From contig JAHLWZ010000974.1 in the NCBI GenBank assembly GCA_020536535.1, positions 1 through 35,058 of the forward strand: 35,058 bases of DNA, given 5' to 3'. Origin of the DNA: Pelomyxa schiedti (taxonomy: Eukaryota; Protista; Evosea). The notes below the pieces were generated by a model that was not told where the DNA came from, made no database searches, and was given only the letters and a program-made list of their open reading frames with translations. A program made the position numbers and the translations under genes. This document shows, in pieces, positions 34,837 through 35,058 of this stretch (positions within the stretch are counted from its first letter, which is position 1; every line of letters starts with the position of its first letter).

Positions 34837-35058
34837 AAAAAAAAAAAAGAAAAAGCTTTTTTTGTTTCCTTTTGATCTGTTTGGGGTTGTTTCGATTTTA
34901 TTTTTTGTGTTTTCTTAGATGCGATGCACACGCGGCGCACCCTAACTCCAAAAATTTCCCAATTTAAGCGTCAAATCGGAACCAAAGTGAGCCTCCAAAT
35001 TGCTTAACTAGTGCACACTTTGGACAAAGTGGAGGAATTTCAAAGTGGCACCGCTTTG

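Noticed and set aside
1-35058. Prokaryotic features (operons, CRISPR arrays, IS elements), tRNA/rRNA genes, transposon ORFs, alternative genetic code
   Set aside because: None seen by eye. ORF fragmentation is explained by spliceosomal introns, and TAA, TAG and TGA all act as terminal stops. Small ncRNAs cannot be excluded without a covariance-model search.

Overview
This is a gene-dense eukaryotic (protist-like, probably amoebozoan; the taxon is an inference) window using the standard genetic code. It has many short GT-AG introns, at least two GC-AG introns, and intergenic gaps mostly of 0.2-0.6 kb. Ten intron-rich genes plus one partial gene lie on the minus strand: a WD40-MORN-VPS9 (alsin-like) Rab GEF, an IQ-DH-C1 RhoGEF, a two-repeat Myb factor, Sec24, NOP2, a divergent copine, an acid-lipase-family hydrolase, a Nudix hydrolase, a secreted DUF2961/GH172-like protein and an unknown low-complexity protein. 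The one plus-strand gene (23772-30549, ~2221 aa after removing two introns, with a ~5.9 kb exon) is the standout. It encodes a giant SAM-like + GBP/VLIG-type large GTPase + Cys/His-rich repeat array + VWA protein, with an altered G3 motif (DFEE), a degenerate MIDAS and what may be a decayed alpha-kinase tail. Its ATG lies only 58 bp from the divergent ATG of the Nudix gene, making the pair a candidate co-regulated cell-autonomous defence module. All gene models were spliced by eye and need RNA-seq confirmation.
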